Assembly (NCBI GenBank): GCA_965215005.1
Contig: CBDCCZ010000058.1
Span: forward strand, 32,001-96,000
DNA from: Kofleriaceae bacterium
Lineage (GTDB): Bacteria > Myxococcota_A > Polyangia > Haliangiales > Haliangiaceae
Length of the DNA: 64,000 nucleotides
Direction: 5' to 3'
Part shown: positions 42,059-56,105 of the stretch, in pieces
Numbering within the stretch: the first letter of the stretch is position 1
How the letters are laid out: each line of letters opens with the position of its first letter
Position numbers and translations under genes: made by a program
The notes under the pieces: model-generated
Told to the model about the DNA's origin: nothing
The model's input: the letters and a program-made list of their open reading frames with translations, nothing else
The model's database searches: none

Positions 42059-43258
42059 CTAGCGCGCGAGCGGCAGCTCGAAGGAGAACGTCGCACCGGC
42101 GCCGAGGCTGCTGGCGATTTCGATCCGGGCGCCGTGCTCTTCGACGAGTCGGCGGGCGATGGCGAGCCCCAGACCCGTGCCTTCCACGGCGTGATCGGGA
42201 ACCCGATAGAAGGGACGAAACACCAATGGGTGCTGCTCTTGAGCGATGCCGGGCCCGGTGTCGGTGACGAACACCGCGACCGCCTCGCTCGCCCCACGCG
42301 CACCCAGCGTCACCACGCCACCGCGGGGCGTGAACTTGATGGCGTTGCCGAGAAAGTTTTGCAGCACCTGGAGGATGCGAGTGCCGTCGCAACGAACCGC
42401 AGGCAAAGACGGATCCACCGCCAACACCAGACGCACGCCGGCTCGGTCAGCAAGCGGCGCAAATAGCTCGTAGGCTTCTTGAAGCAGCGAGCGCGGCCGA
42501 TGTGGCTGCAGGTCGAGCGCCACCTCCCCCTTCTCGAGGCTCTCCTCGTCGATGAGATCGTCAACCAAGCCGATCATCGCGCGACAGGCTCGCTGTAGCC
42601 GCTCTGCGAGCCGTTTTGCATGCTCGCTCGAGGCGGTGTCGTGGAGCTGCTCGGCGGTCAGCATCACCACGCTGAGCGGAGCACGCAGGTCGTGAGAGAC
42701 CATGGCGCCGACGCGGCGGCGCTCGGCCAGGAGTTGCTGGACCTCGCCGGTAAGCTGCGTCTGACGGCGCATCGCCAGGCGCAGCTCGAGCAAGCTCATG
42801 ACGTGTTCGGCAAGGATGACCAGCGCCTCGCGTTGCTGCGGCTCGAGCACCCGCGAAACCGTGTCGAGCACGCATAGCGTGCCGATGGGATAGCCATCGG
42901 GGGTTCGCAGAATCGCTCCTGCATAAAAGCGCAGGCCCGGGGGCCCCGTCACCAGTGGATTGCACGCGAATCGCTCGTCTTCGGTGGTGTCGGAGACCTC
43001 GAGAAAATCATTCTGGAGGACCGCATGGGCGCATATGGAGACATCGAGGGGGGTCTGCCGCACCCCCAGGCCGACCTCCGACTTGAACCACTGGCGCTCG
43101 TCGGCGATGAGATTGATGACCGCGATGGGCGCCTTACAAATGTTGGCGATGAGCGCGGTGATATCGTCGAACTCCCGCTCCGTGTCGGTGTCCAAGATGT
43201 CGTAGCGCTGGAGCGCCTGCAAGCGCTCGGCTTGATTTGCGGGAGTCGGTGCAGCCAT
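42059..43258 (-). CDS. GAF-domain sensor histidine kinase (cytoplasmic)
   Basis: ERLQALQRYDILDT...RFYAGA...GTLCVLD; SHDLRAPL; NAIKFT; GTGLGLAI. Confidence 0.95.
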   Translation of the reverse strand: MAAPTPANQAERLQALQRYDILDTDTEREFDDITALIANICKAPIAVINLIADERQWFKSEVGLGVRQTPLDVSICAHAVLQNDFLEVSDTTEDERFACNPLVTGPPGLRFYAGAILRTPDGYPIGTLCVLDTVSRVLEPQQREALVILAEHVMSLLELRLAMRRQTQLTGEVQQLLAERRRVGAMVSHDLRAPLSVVMLTAEQLHDTASSEHAKRLAERLQRACRAMIGLVDDLIDEESLEKGEVALDLQPHRPRSLLQEAYELFAPLADRAGVRLVLAVDPSLPAVRCDGTRILQVLQNFLGNAIKFTPRGGVVTLGARGASEAVAVFVTDTGPGIAQEQHPLVFRPFYRVPDHAVEGTGLGLAIARRLVEEHGARIEIASSLGAGATFSFELPLAR

Positions 43259-43522
43259 CGGCGACGGTGGAGAGTAGCGGGCAAGCTCTGCCGTGTCATC
43301 TGACGCCGGTTCGTCGGAGCTCGGCGCGACCGCGACCGTTGCGCGGTCCTACGCCATTCGGACACTGGTGCGCGTGTAGCTGAAGTGCGGCAGAAGGTGG
43401 CAGCCTGCCGAAGCTGCTGCCGAGGTGTCCTCGCCCGGTTGCCGAGCTGGTAAGAAAACGACTAAAATGAAGTGGTTAGCCGCCAGAGCGCGGCGACTTC
43501 CATCACCATCTGAACGCTGCGC

Positions 43523-43538
43523 ATGACATCGATGTCAT
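43523..43538. promoter_or_regulatory. Perfect 16-bp palindrome ATGACATCGATGTCAT (candidate operator)
   Basis: Seen directly in the divergent intergenic region, 46 bp before the kinase start. Confidence 0.5.
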
Positions 43539-43584
43539 ACATTCCGAAGTCGCGCACTGTGCTGCACTCGGCCCGGACCCCGTC

Positions 43585-45411
43585 GTGACGGTCGCTGTTG
43601 GCCACATACTCGATCACTTCGAGCTCCTGGAGAAGGTCGGCCAAGGCGGCATGGCGGTCGTCTATCGCGGTCGCGATCGCACGCTCAACCGCCCCGTCGC
43701 CGTCAAAGTCCTGCACCACCACCTCGCTGAGCATCAGGAGGCGCGAGATCGCTTCGAGCGTGAGGCGCACGCGGTGGCCAAGCTGCGCCACGAAAACATC
43801 CTCGAGATTTTCACGTTCTCGGGCAAAGAATCGCCCGAGAGCTACATCGTCACCGAATTCATCGACGGCTCCACGCTCAAGGAGTTCATCACCGAGCACG
43901 AGGTGCGATTTCCCGAGGTCGGCGCCATGGTGATGGCGCAGGTGTGTCGCGCGTTGGCGCACGCGCATAGCCTTGGCATCCTGCATCGCGACGTGAAGCC
44001 GGAGAACATCATGATTCGCTCCGACGGGATCGTGAAGCTCACCGACTTTGGCATCGCGCAGATACTCGATCTCCAGCGGATGACCGTCACTGGCCAGTTG
44101 CTCGGCTCGCCGGCGTACATGTCTCCTGAGCACGTCGAGGGCAAACCGCTCGATTTTCGCACCGACATCTTCGCGGTCGGCATCGTGCTCTATCAGCTCG
44201 TGGCCGGAATACTGCCGTTTCAAGGCAGCAATCCGCACGAGATCCTCAAGCGAATTGCCGACTGCAAGTTTCGCGACCCGCGCCACGTCAATCCGCGCGT
44301 CGGCAACGAGCTCGGCAAGATCATCCTCACCGCGATGGCCCGCGACAAAGCCGATCGCTATGCCGACGTGAGCGAGATGCTCGGGGCGCTCTCGAACTAC
44401 CTCGAGGCCAGCGGTTTGCGCGACGCCCGGCAGGAGCTGGCGCGTTTCTTCGGTGCACCGGTTTCCTATCAGCTCGCGCTAGAGGCGCGGCTCGTCGATC
44501 ACCTCAGTCGCCGCGGACGGGAGCTGATGGCCACCGATCGGGTTGCCGCGCTCGAGTGCTTCAACCGCGTGCTCACCATCGCACCCGAGCAGCCCGAGGT
44601 GTTGCGTGCCATCGACCAGATGTCGCGCCGACGTCGCGGGCTTCGCATGGCCGCACTGGGAGCGGGCGTCGGTGTGATCGCGGCGGGCAGCATGGCGCTT
44701 GCGCATTGGCGCGGTGATAGCGACCAGCAGCCAGCCGAACACGCGATCGCTGATGCCAGCGCCCCCTTGCTCACGCCTATCACGCCCGCTGGCGATGCGG
44801 CCACCGAGGTGCTCGCTGACGCTGCGGCCACCGATGCGCCCGCTGACGCTGCTCCTGACGCCGCAGTCGCCAATGAGCCAACGGCCGAGCTTCCGCCCGA
44901 GCAGCCGGTCGAGCCTCTGCGTCCCACGCGCCCTGCGACGGCTCCATCGTCACCGCCCGCTGGAGATTCCGGCACAGCCGCCTCGAGCCGCTCGGTGAAG
45001 GTACGGGTCTATCCGCTCGGTTCCCAGCTCCGGGTCGATGACGGTCCATGGCAGACTCTGGCGAGCTCCAGCCAAACCCTCACATTATCGCCCGGCGTTC
45101 ACACCATCACCGCTCGCAACGACTGCTGTGAGAGCGAGGCCAAGCAAGTGGCCCCCACCGACAACGACCTTACGTTCGATCTCGGCTATCGCCCCGGCTT
45201 CGTCGTTGCTGAGTGCGATGACGAGGTCGCGCTGCGAGTCGACGGCAAGACGACCACGCTGGGTCGCCGCAACGCGATCGTCATCGCGCGCGGAGGCTTG
45301 GGGTATCGCGATGTTCGCGTCGAATTCTCGAGCTCTAGTCTGGGCGTGGCGTCGCGATCGGTGCGCGTGGGGCCGGGGCAAACGCAGGTCGTTCAGTGCG
45401 ATTTCGATTGA
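43585..45411 (+). CDS. Membrane Hanks-type Ser/Thr protein kinase with TPR-like segment and periplasmic PEGA-like domains
   Basis: GQGGMAVVY, VAVK, HRDVKPEN, DFG, GSPAYMSPE; TM segment after RRRRGLR. Confidence 0.95.
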   Translation: MTVAVGHILDHFELLEKVGQGGMAVVYRGRDRTLNRPVAVKVLHHHLAEHQEARDRFEREAHAVAKLRHENILEIFTFSGKESPESYIVTEFIDGSTLKEFITEHEVRFPEVGAMVMAQVCRALAHAHSLGILHRDVKPENIMIRSDGIVKLTDFGIAQILDLQRMTVTGQLLGSPAYMSPEHVEGKPLDFRTDIFAVGIVLYQLVAGILPFQGSNPHEILKRIADCKFRDPRHVNPRVGNELGKIILTAMARDKADRYADVSEMLGALSNYLEASGLRDARQELARFFGAPVSYQLALEARLVDHLSRRGRELMATDRVAALECFNRVLTIAPEQPEVLRAIDQMSRRRRGLRMAALGAGVGVIAAGSMALAHWRGDSDQQPAEHAIADASAPLLTPITPAGDAATEVLADAAATDAPADAAPDAAVANEPTAELPPEQPVEPLRPTRPATAPSSPPAGDSGTAASSRSVKVRVYPLGSQLRVDDGPWQTLASSSQTLTLSPGVHTITARNDCCESEAKQVAPTDNDLTFDLGYRPGFVVAECDDEVALRVDGKTTTLGRRNAIVIARGGLGYRDVRVEFSSSSLGVASRSVRVGPGQTQVVQCDFD

Positions 45412-46253
45412 TCGTTGCGTGGCTCTTGATGTTGGCCCCGGCGCGAGCAGCGGCGGCCACGCCGGCCGATGATCTGGCCCAGGCGCGCGATTCGTTTCGC
45501 CGCGGCGACTACGGCGAAGCCATTCCTCGGCTCAACTATCTCCTCTATCCGGAACCGCGGCTTGCGGACATGGGCGAGCTGGTCGAAGCGCACGTCCTGC
45601 TCGGCGTATCGCACTACGAGACCGGCGATCGCAAGACCGCCGCGCGTGAGTTCGAAGAAGCGCTCTTCATCGATCCGAGCGTTAGCCTCGACCGGCTGCT
45701 GTTCTCCGAAGGCGCCATCGAGTATTTCGAAGATACCCGCGAGAAACTCGCGGAACGGACCCGGCAAGGGGAAGAAATCCGTCGGCTGGCGGAAGAACGC
45801 GACCGCTTGCGGCGTGCCCTCGCCAACCTCGTGGTCATCGAGAAGCGCTCCTATTACGTCAACTTCATCCCCTTCGGTGCCGGTCAGTTTCAGAACGGGC
45901 AGGATGGCAAAGGCATCGCATTCGCCGCGGTAGAGGCCGCGCTCGGCGGCGCGTCGGCGGGCATCTGGGGCTATCAGGCCCTCAAGTATGGGTTTGGCGG
46001 CGCCGTTCCCCGAGGCGATGTAGCGACCGTGCGGCGCATGCAGGAGGTGCAAGTGGCTACCGGCATCGCATGCCTCGGTGTGATGGCCTGGGGCATCGTC
46101 GACTCGCTGCTCAACTACGAGCCCAAGCAGCAGATTGACGCAGACCCGTCCCTCATTCCCGCTAGCGCGGTGGAATCCACCTCGCTGGCACCCTCCCTGG
46201 TGCCACTTCCGACCCCCGGCGGTCTCGGCGTCGGCGCTCACTGGAGATTCTAA
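45396..46253 (+). CDS. Exported TPR protein with hydrophobic C-terminal region
   Basis: Signal peptide; FRRGDYGEAI...AHVLLGVSHY...FEEALFIDP; C-terminal aromatic end (WRF). Confidence 0.8.
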   Translation: MRFRLIVAWLLMLAPARAAAATPADDLAQARDSFRRGDYGEAIPRLNYLLYPEPRLADMGELVEAHVLLGVSHYETGDRKTAAREFEEALFIDPSVSLDRLLFSEGAIEYFEDTREKLAERTRQGEEIRRLAEERDRLRRALANLVVIEKRSYYVNFIPFGAGQFQNGQDGKGIAFAAVEAALGGASAGIWGYQALKYGFGGAVPRGDVATVRRMQEVQVATGIACLGVMAWGIVDSLLNYEPKQQIDADPSLIPASAVESTSLAPSLVPLPTPGGLGVGAHWRF

Positions 46254-48044
<1,791 letters not shown>

Positions 48045-48239
48045 GCGGTCGTCGTTCAGCGGCATATGGGCGCTATTGGTGCACCCGTGTCGGGGGCGCG
48101 TGGCGCAGCAAGTTGGGTCGCGCGGGCCGCAACGGACGGCAAAAAGCGGCACGACCCCTGACCCCGATGTCTCGTTTACACCGGAGCTCCACCCCGCAAA
48201 CCACCCATAAGCTCCCGAAATCAGAGCGTCATCGGTGCA

Positions 48240-48255
48240 TGGTGCGGTCCTTGCT
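48240..48255 (+). promoter_or_regulatory. Candidate sigma-54 promoter TGGTGCGGTCCTTGCT
   Basis: GG-N10-GC with TTGCT -12 element, downstream of an EBP gene and upstream of a lipoprotein operon. Confidence 0.55.
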
Positions 48256-48268
48256 AGCTGGCCCCTTG

Positions 48269-48796
48269 ATGCTCGCGATTGTCTCCGCCGCTGCTCTGGG
48301 CTCGTCCGGTTGCCCGGTGCCCGTGCCGCTCGAGCTCGCCGAACCCGACGGTGGACTCAATGCCACCCCGGTCATCACGGCCGCCACCGGCGACTTCGAG
48401 TTCCCCGGCCCCTTCGAGCTCGAGCGCGGCGATGCCCGCGCCATCAATCTGGCGCTGCGCGACATCGACGTCGACGACCTTCTGCACGTGCGGCTCTACG
48501 TCGACTACGACCTGAGCCAGCCGACACCGCCGCTGTCGACCTGCAGCGTCACTCAAACCCAGGGGCAAACCCAGGGGCAAACCCAGGGAGGCAGCCCGCT
48601 GCGCAACGCCCGCTGTCCCACCCAGTCGCTGTGCTCGACCATCGCCGGCACCGACGGGTCGATTCACTACCTCGAGGCGTACGTCGCCGACCGACCGTTC
48701 CTCAATGAGGGTCTTCCCGAGTTTCGCGCCCTTCCCGAGGGAGCTGAGTCGAGCGCTCGGGGCTGGCTGTTTAGCTGCCGGACGGTCGAGCAATGA
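48269..48796 (+). CDS. Hypothetical lipoprotein
   Basis: MLAIVSAAALGSSG-C lipobox-like signal; ATGA overlap with next gene; start uncertain (48239/48266/48269). Confidence 0.7.
   Translation: MLAIVSAAALGSSGCPVPVPLELAEPDGGLNATPVITAATGDFEFPGPFELERGDARAINLALRDIDVDDLLHVRLYVDYDLSQPTPPLSTCSVTQTQGQTQGQTQGGSPLRNARCPTQSLCSTIAGTDGSIHYLEAYVADRPFLNEGLPEFRALPEGAESSARGWLFSCRTVEQ
48554..48588. repeat. 12-bp tandem repeat CAAACCCAGGGG x3 (QTQG)
   Basis: Read directly. Confidence 0.9.
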
Positions 48797-50607
48797 GCCC
48801 TCGATACTCTGTAGTCGCCGCCACGGTGCTGGCGCTGGCGGCGTGCCTCGAGCAGCCCGATGCCGGCAATCGCGCCCCGCCGATGTGCCAAACCAACCTC
48901 GACTGCGGCGCTGGACGGACCTGCGATGACGGCGTGTGCTGGGGCGGAGTTGGCTCGGGTCGCGCCTTCGCTGCGGTTCTCGCACCGCCACAAGGCACCG
49001 ACTTGGTCGCCACGGAGCTACCCGCGCTCGAGGTTGGCGACCACGGCTGGTTGCCCGAGCTGTCCTACGTCAATCCGGTGACCCTCCGCGGTCGGGTGCG
49101 ATTGGTCTGCGCCGACGGCGAGGCCCCGATCTGCAACGATAGTCGGTCGGTGGCCGCAAAAATCGAGATCCGGCGTCGTTCGCGCATCGCCGGCGGCCCC
49201 GACTATCTGCGCACCTTCGCCGCTCAGCCTGGTGCCGAGGCCGGCGAGCCAGCGTTCGTGGTGCGCATCCCGCCGACGCTGCCTGGCGACCCGCCCTATC
49301 AAATCTCGGTGCAGCCGGACGACGTCGCCGGTCCCAGCGGCGAGCGTCGCGCTGCCGCGGTCGAGCTGGCGCCGCCGCTCAAGTTCGAGCTCATCGCCGC
49401 GCAAAGCGCCGAGGGCCTCGAGTGGGTGCTCGGGGAGCCGAGCGAGCAAAAGATTGTCACCGGTCGCGTCGTCGACGCCGCGGGTCGCGGTGTGGAAGGA
49501 CTGCGGGTGTGGGCGCTGTCGCGGCTACTCGATGGAGCGCCGCTCGAGCGCAGCTCCTCGATCGCCACCACCGATGCCACCGGCACCTATCGGGTGCTGA
49601 TCCCCAACGCGACCCTCGACACCTTCGAGCTGGTGCTCAAGCCCGCGCCCGACACCGCGGCGCCAACGCTGCGCATTGCCAACCTTCGCCTGCCCGACCC
49701 GATCGACCCCACCCTGCCGCTGCAGCTCGGCGAGGTGCGGTTGCCGAGCTATCGCTCGCCGATTTCGGCCAATGTTGCAGTCATGGGCTTCGATACCAGC
49801 GGCCAGAGTGTGCCGGTGGCGGGCGCTGAGGTCCGCATGTCCACGGTGCTGGCCGAAACTGAGCAGATGTCCGCGATCTACACCACCCAAGGCTTCACCG
49901 ACGCGGCCGGCGTTGCGGCGCTGCAGGTGATCGTCGGCGATGAAGCAACACCCCGAACGTATCTGGTGCGTGTCATCGCGCCGCCGAGCACGCAGCACGG
50001 CTCGCTCCTGGACCTCGAACGCTCGATCACGGGCGTTTCCGGCGGCGGGCTCGAGCCCATCCAGCTGCGCCGTCGAGCCCCGGTGAGCGGGACGATCGTG
50101 TCCTCGGAGGGCATGGCAATCGCCGGAGCCACGGTGGTGGCACGGCCGTCGTCGGCGCTCCTAGAGCGGCTGGAGCCGCGCGACCGCGAGCTATTGACCG
50201 GGCTTCAGCCGGCCAGCGCCACCAGCAGCAGCGGCGGTGAGTTCGTGCTTTGGCTCGACCGTGAGCTCGACAATCGACGGGTGGATTACGACATCGAGGT
50301 CATTCCACCCGAGGGCTCCAATGCGCCTCGCTGGGTGGCCGACGAGATCGCGCTCGAGGGCGCCGACGAAGTGGGCTCGGTGTCGCTACCGAGCCGACTC
50401 GTCGAGCTGCCAGCACCGCGGTACGTGCGCAGCATCGTGCGAGATCCCGCTGGCGAGCCAGTCGCTGATGCCGAGGTCTTGCTGTACGAGATCTCGGACG
50501 CAGCATGCGATCCGGCGCTGGCCTCGTGCGCGGCGGCGCCGCTGCGCGGCGTATTTCGCACCGACGCCGACGGGCTGCTGCGGGCGATCGTGCCGGCCGT
50601 TCCCTAG
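48793..50607 (+). CDS. Lipoprotein with Cys-rich N-terminus and carboxypeptidase-regulatory-like beta-sandwich repeats
   Basis: LAA-C; CQTNLDCGAGRTCDDGVC; repeated GRVVDAAGRGV / TDATG / VRDPAGEPVADAEV. Confidence 0.8.
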   Translation: MSPRYSVVAATVLALAACLEQPDAGNRAPPMCQTNLDCGAGRTCDDGVCWGGVGSGRAFAAVLAPPQGTDLVATELPALEVGDHGWLPELSYVNPVTLRGRVRLVCADGEAPICNDSRSVAAKIEIRRRSRIAGGPDYLRTFAAQPGAEAGEPAFVVRIPPTLPGDPPYQISVQPDDVAGPSGERRAAAVELAPPLKFELIAAQSAEGLEWVLGEPSEQKIVTGRVVDAAGRGVEGLRVWALSRLLDGAPLERSSSIATTDATGTYRVLIPNATLDTFELVLKPAPDTAAPTLRIANLRLPDPIDPTLPLQLGEVRLPSYRSPISANVAVMGFDTSGQSVPVAGAEVRMSTVLAETEQMSAIYTTQGFTDAAGVAALQVIVGDEATPRTYLVRVIAPPSTQHGSLLDLERSITGVSGGGLEPIQLRRRAPVSGTIVSSEGMAIAGATVVARPSSALLERLEPRDRELLTGLQPASATSSSGGEFVLWLDRELDNRRVDYDIEVIPPEGSNAPRWVADEIALEGADEVGSVSLPSRLVELPAPRYVRSIVRDPAGEPVADAEVLLYEISDAACDPALASCAAAPLRGVFRTDADGLLRAIVPAVP

Positions 50608-50678
50608 CTGGCATCCTCCGCTGCGGGTGAGTTCGTCGGCCTGCGGGTGCGCTCGCCCTGAGCGGCATCGGCGATTGC

Positions 50679-50707
50679 TTGACCCGGGCGCGGTCGCAGA
50701 CTAAGGT
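50679..50707 (+). promoter_or_regulatory. Candidate sigma-70 promoter
   Basis: TTGACC-17 nt-TAAGGT upstream of 50722. Confidence 0.55.
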
Positions 50708-50721
50708 GAGAATTGATGTAA

Positions 50722-51300
50722 GTGTCCAAAGGCCTTGAGAAAACCAATGAATTCAGGCGTTACCGGCAGGTCCTGGCGGCGATTTACGCAACGACGATCG
50801 CGGCTGGATGTGTCCTCCTGGCCGGATCGGTGGTCGAGCAGCTGTTCTTTCGTCCTGTTCGTCAGCTCGACGGCCACCTCTCCGCAGACGATCCGTCGCC
50901 AGCCGACCTGCTCCGGTGCCAGCACGATGTTCAAGACCTGCAATCGCAGCTCGCGCGCACGGTCGCTCAGCTCCTGGTTAGCCCAACGTTGGGCAAACCA
51001 GACGAGCTTGGCCGCCACTGGGAGGAATTTTCGCGCGCATGGGACGAGCGATGGCAGCAAGTGAACGCGTGGTGTCGTTTCGAAGAAGTCGCCGATTCCA
51101 AGCTATCTGGGGCCTACCACCGCATGGCGCGCGTCCACGCCGACCTGCAGCCCATGCACCTAAAGTATCAGAGTCTGCTCGTTCGCTTCGAAGAGGAGCA
51201 AGCCGCACAGCTGGCCGAAATGCGCCGTGTCTTAGACGAGGCACGCCAGGCATTCGCCGCCGAGCTCGCGCAGCAGGGCGAGAAGGAGCAGACTCCGTGA
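50722..51300 (+). CDS. Hypothetical single-pass membrane protein, helical periplasmic domain
   Basis: One TM near the N-terminus; high-GC3 codon usage; probably co-transcribed with the helicase. Confidence 0.75.
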   Translation: MSKGLEKTNEFRRYRQVLAAIYATTIAAGCVLLAGSVVEQLFFRPVRQLDGHLSADDPSPADLLRCQHDVQDLQSQLARTVAQLLVSPTLGKPDELGRHWEEFSRAWDERWQQVNAWCRFEEVADSKLSGAYHRMARVHADLQPMHLKYQSLLVRFEEEQAAQLAEMRRVLDEARQAFAAELAQQGEKEQTP

Positions 51301-51321
51301 CGCATTCGCGGGATTTCATCT

Positions 51322-54657
<3,336 letters not shown>

Positions 54658-54749
54658 GCGCCGGCGAGCTTCTTCGACGCCAAGCGCTGGCCCGCCCGCC
54701 TCACCGGGCGGTGCCAGCGCCACTCGCGTGTGTCCGCGCGATCAACCCT

Positions 54750-54830
54750 TGCAGCTACGCCACGGCGGGCGGGCGGTAATAGCGCCGCCGGTGCCGCTGC
54801 GAGCAGCCGTCTGCAGCTACGCCACGGCGG
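54750..54830. repeat. 19-bp direct repeat TGCAGCTACGCCACGGCGG x2
   Basis: Copies at 54750-54768 and 54812-54830; the second spans the stop codon of the DUF4105 gene. Confidence 0.9.
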
Positions 54831-55983
54831 CTGTGGGACGGTGATGGCGGCGCGGCCAGAAAGCGACGGCGGCGGCGGGCACCAGCGGCCACAGCAGGAG
54901 TGGCCAGAGGGGCTGGGTGAAGGTTCCGGCCACCATCAAAATGACGACAACGCCGAGCTGGGCGAGGCGGAGGCGGGCGTAGAGCGCTCGCTTGGCGGCC
55001 GGCAACAGCAGCAGCAAGAGGTCCAGAGGCAGAAGGATCCACAGGGTCTCGTTGAAGCGCACGTACGCGAGCGGGCTGATGATGGCCAGGCCCCAAAACA
55101 CCAGGCCGAGCAACACTTGCGGAATTAGTGCCACCGCCAGCCCCGCGCGCTCATAGCGACCCCAGAGCTTGGTGAGCACCACCGGCGCTGTGAGCACCAG
55201 GAGCGCCAGGGCGAGCCACCCCCGGCCGTTGGCATCTTCGGCGGGCAACGGCGGGCCTTGGCGCTGGTATAGAACCACGGGCTCGACGCCGCCGTACTTG
55301 TGCACCGCTTCGCGCAGGTAGTCGGGCAAGAACATCGCCTCGTATTCGGTGGGGCGGCGATCGGTGCTGCGGCCCATCGCGACGTCGGTGATGAGCAGCG
55401 CCAGCGGAGTTTCCACGAAGCCAGCGCGCGCCAGGTCGCGGAACGTCACGTCCAGCGGCTTGGTGGCGTTTTTCGAGAGCGTGCCGTCCAGACCCTCGTC
55501 GATGAGGTCGCGAATCCGGGTGCTGCAGTTGTCGAAGAAGTGGTCGTAGGCGTAATAGCGGTGGTTTGGCTCGAGGTCCTGCTGCAGCGCTGCCACGAGC
55601 CGTTTCCGAGCGTCCTCTTCGAGCGGCAGCATCTGGCTATAGATCGTGCGATCCATCTCCTCGTAGCGGCGCAGCATGCGCGCACGCTGTTCAATGGACA
55701 CCCAGAAGCTCTTGGTGCCGCGAAAGAATCCCCAGCCCATCTTGAGCGGCCGTTGAAACTCGGCGGTGCCGTAGTTGTAGCAATGGTCGCGGCGCGGGTC
55801 GGGATAGCGCAGGCACAGCGCCACGTGGCCGTGCTTCTCCCAGATGAGCGCGCCAACGCCCATCGTGATTAGCTCGACGGTGGGCTCGCCCGCATCGGTG
55901 CCGCGCTGGCCGCCGGGCTGCGCGCCCGCGACCCCCGCCACCGAAGAAAGCACAACGAGGATTGCAACGACGTGCCCACGCAT
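54817..55983 (-). CDS. DUF4105 / Lnb-type (putative lipoprotein N-acyltransferase) membrane protein
   Basis: HGHVAL, YNYGT, YAYDHFFDNCSTRIRD, MFLPDYL; four to five C-terminal TM helices. Confidence 0.85.
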   Translation of the reverse strand: MRGHVVAILVVLSSVAGVAGAQPGGQRGTDAGEPTVELITMGVGALIWEKHGHVALCLRYPDPRRDHCYNYGTAEFQRPLKMGWGFFRGTKSFWVSIEQRARMLRRYEEMDRTIYSQMLPLEEDARKRLVAALQQDLEPNHRYYAYDHFFDNCSTRIRDLIDEGLDGTLSKNATKPLDVTFRDLARAGFVETPLALLITDVAMGRSTDRRPTEYEAMFLPDYLREAVHKYGGVEPVVLYQRQGPPLPAEDANGRGWLALALLVLTAPVVLTKLWGRYERAGLAVALIPQVLLGLVFWGLAIISPLAYVRFNETLWILLPLDLLLLLLPAAKRALYARLRLAQLGVVVILMVAGTFTQPLWPLLLWPLVPAAAVAFWPRRHHRPTAAVA

Positions 55984-56105
55984 CGTTCTGTAAGGTCGCA
56001 GGAGCGAGCTGCTTCGGCAAGTCAGCTGCGGCGCTGGCCCGAGTCGGCCAGCCCGCCGCGATGCGCCCTGCCCTGCAAAACCGCAGCGCTGGCGCACGAG
56101 CGTCG

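Noticed and set aside
54750..54830. Two 19-bp repeats with a 43-bp spacer as a mini-CRISPR
   Set aside because: Only two copies, too short, one overlaps a CDS end, and no cas genes in the window
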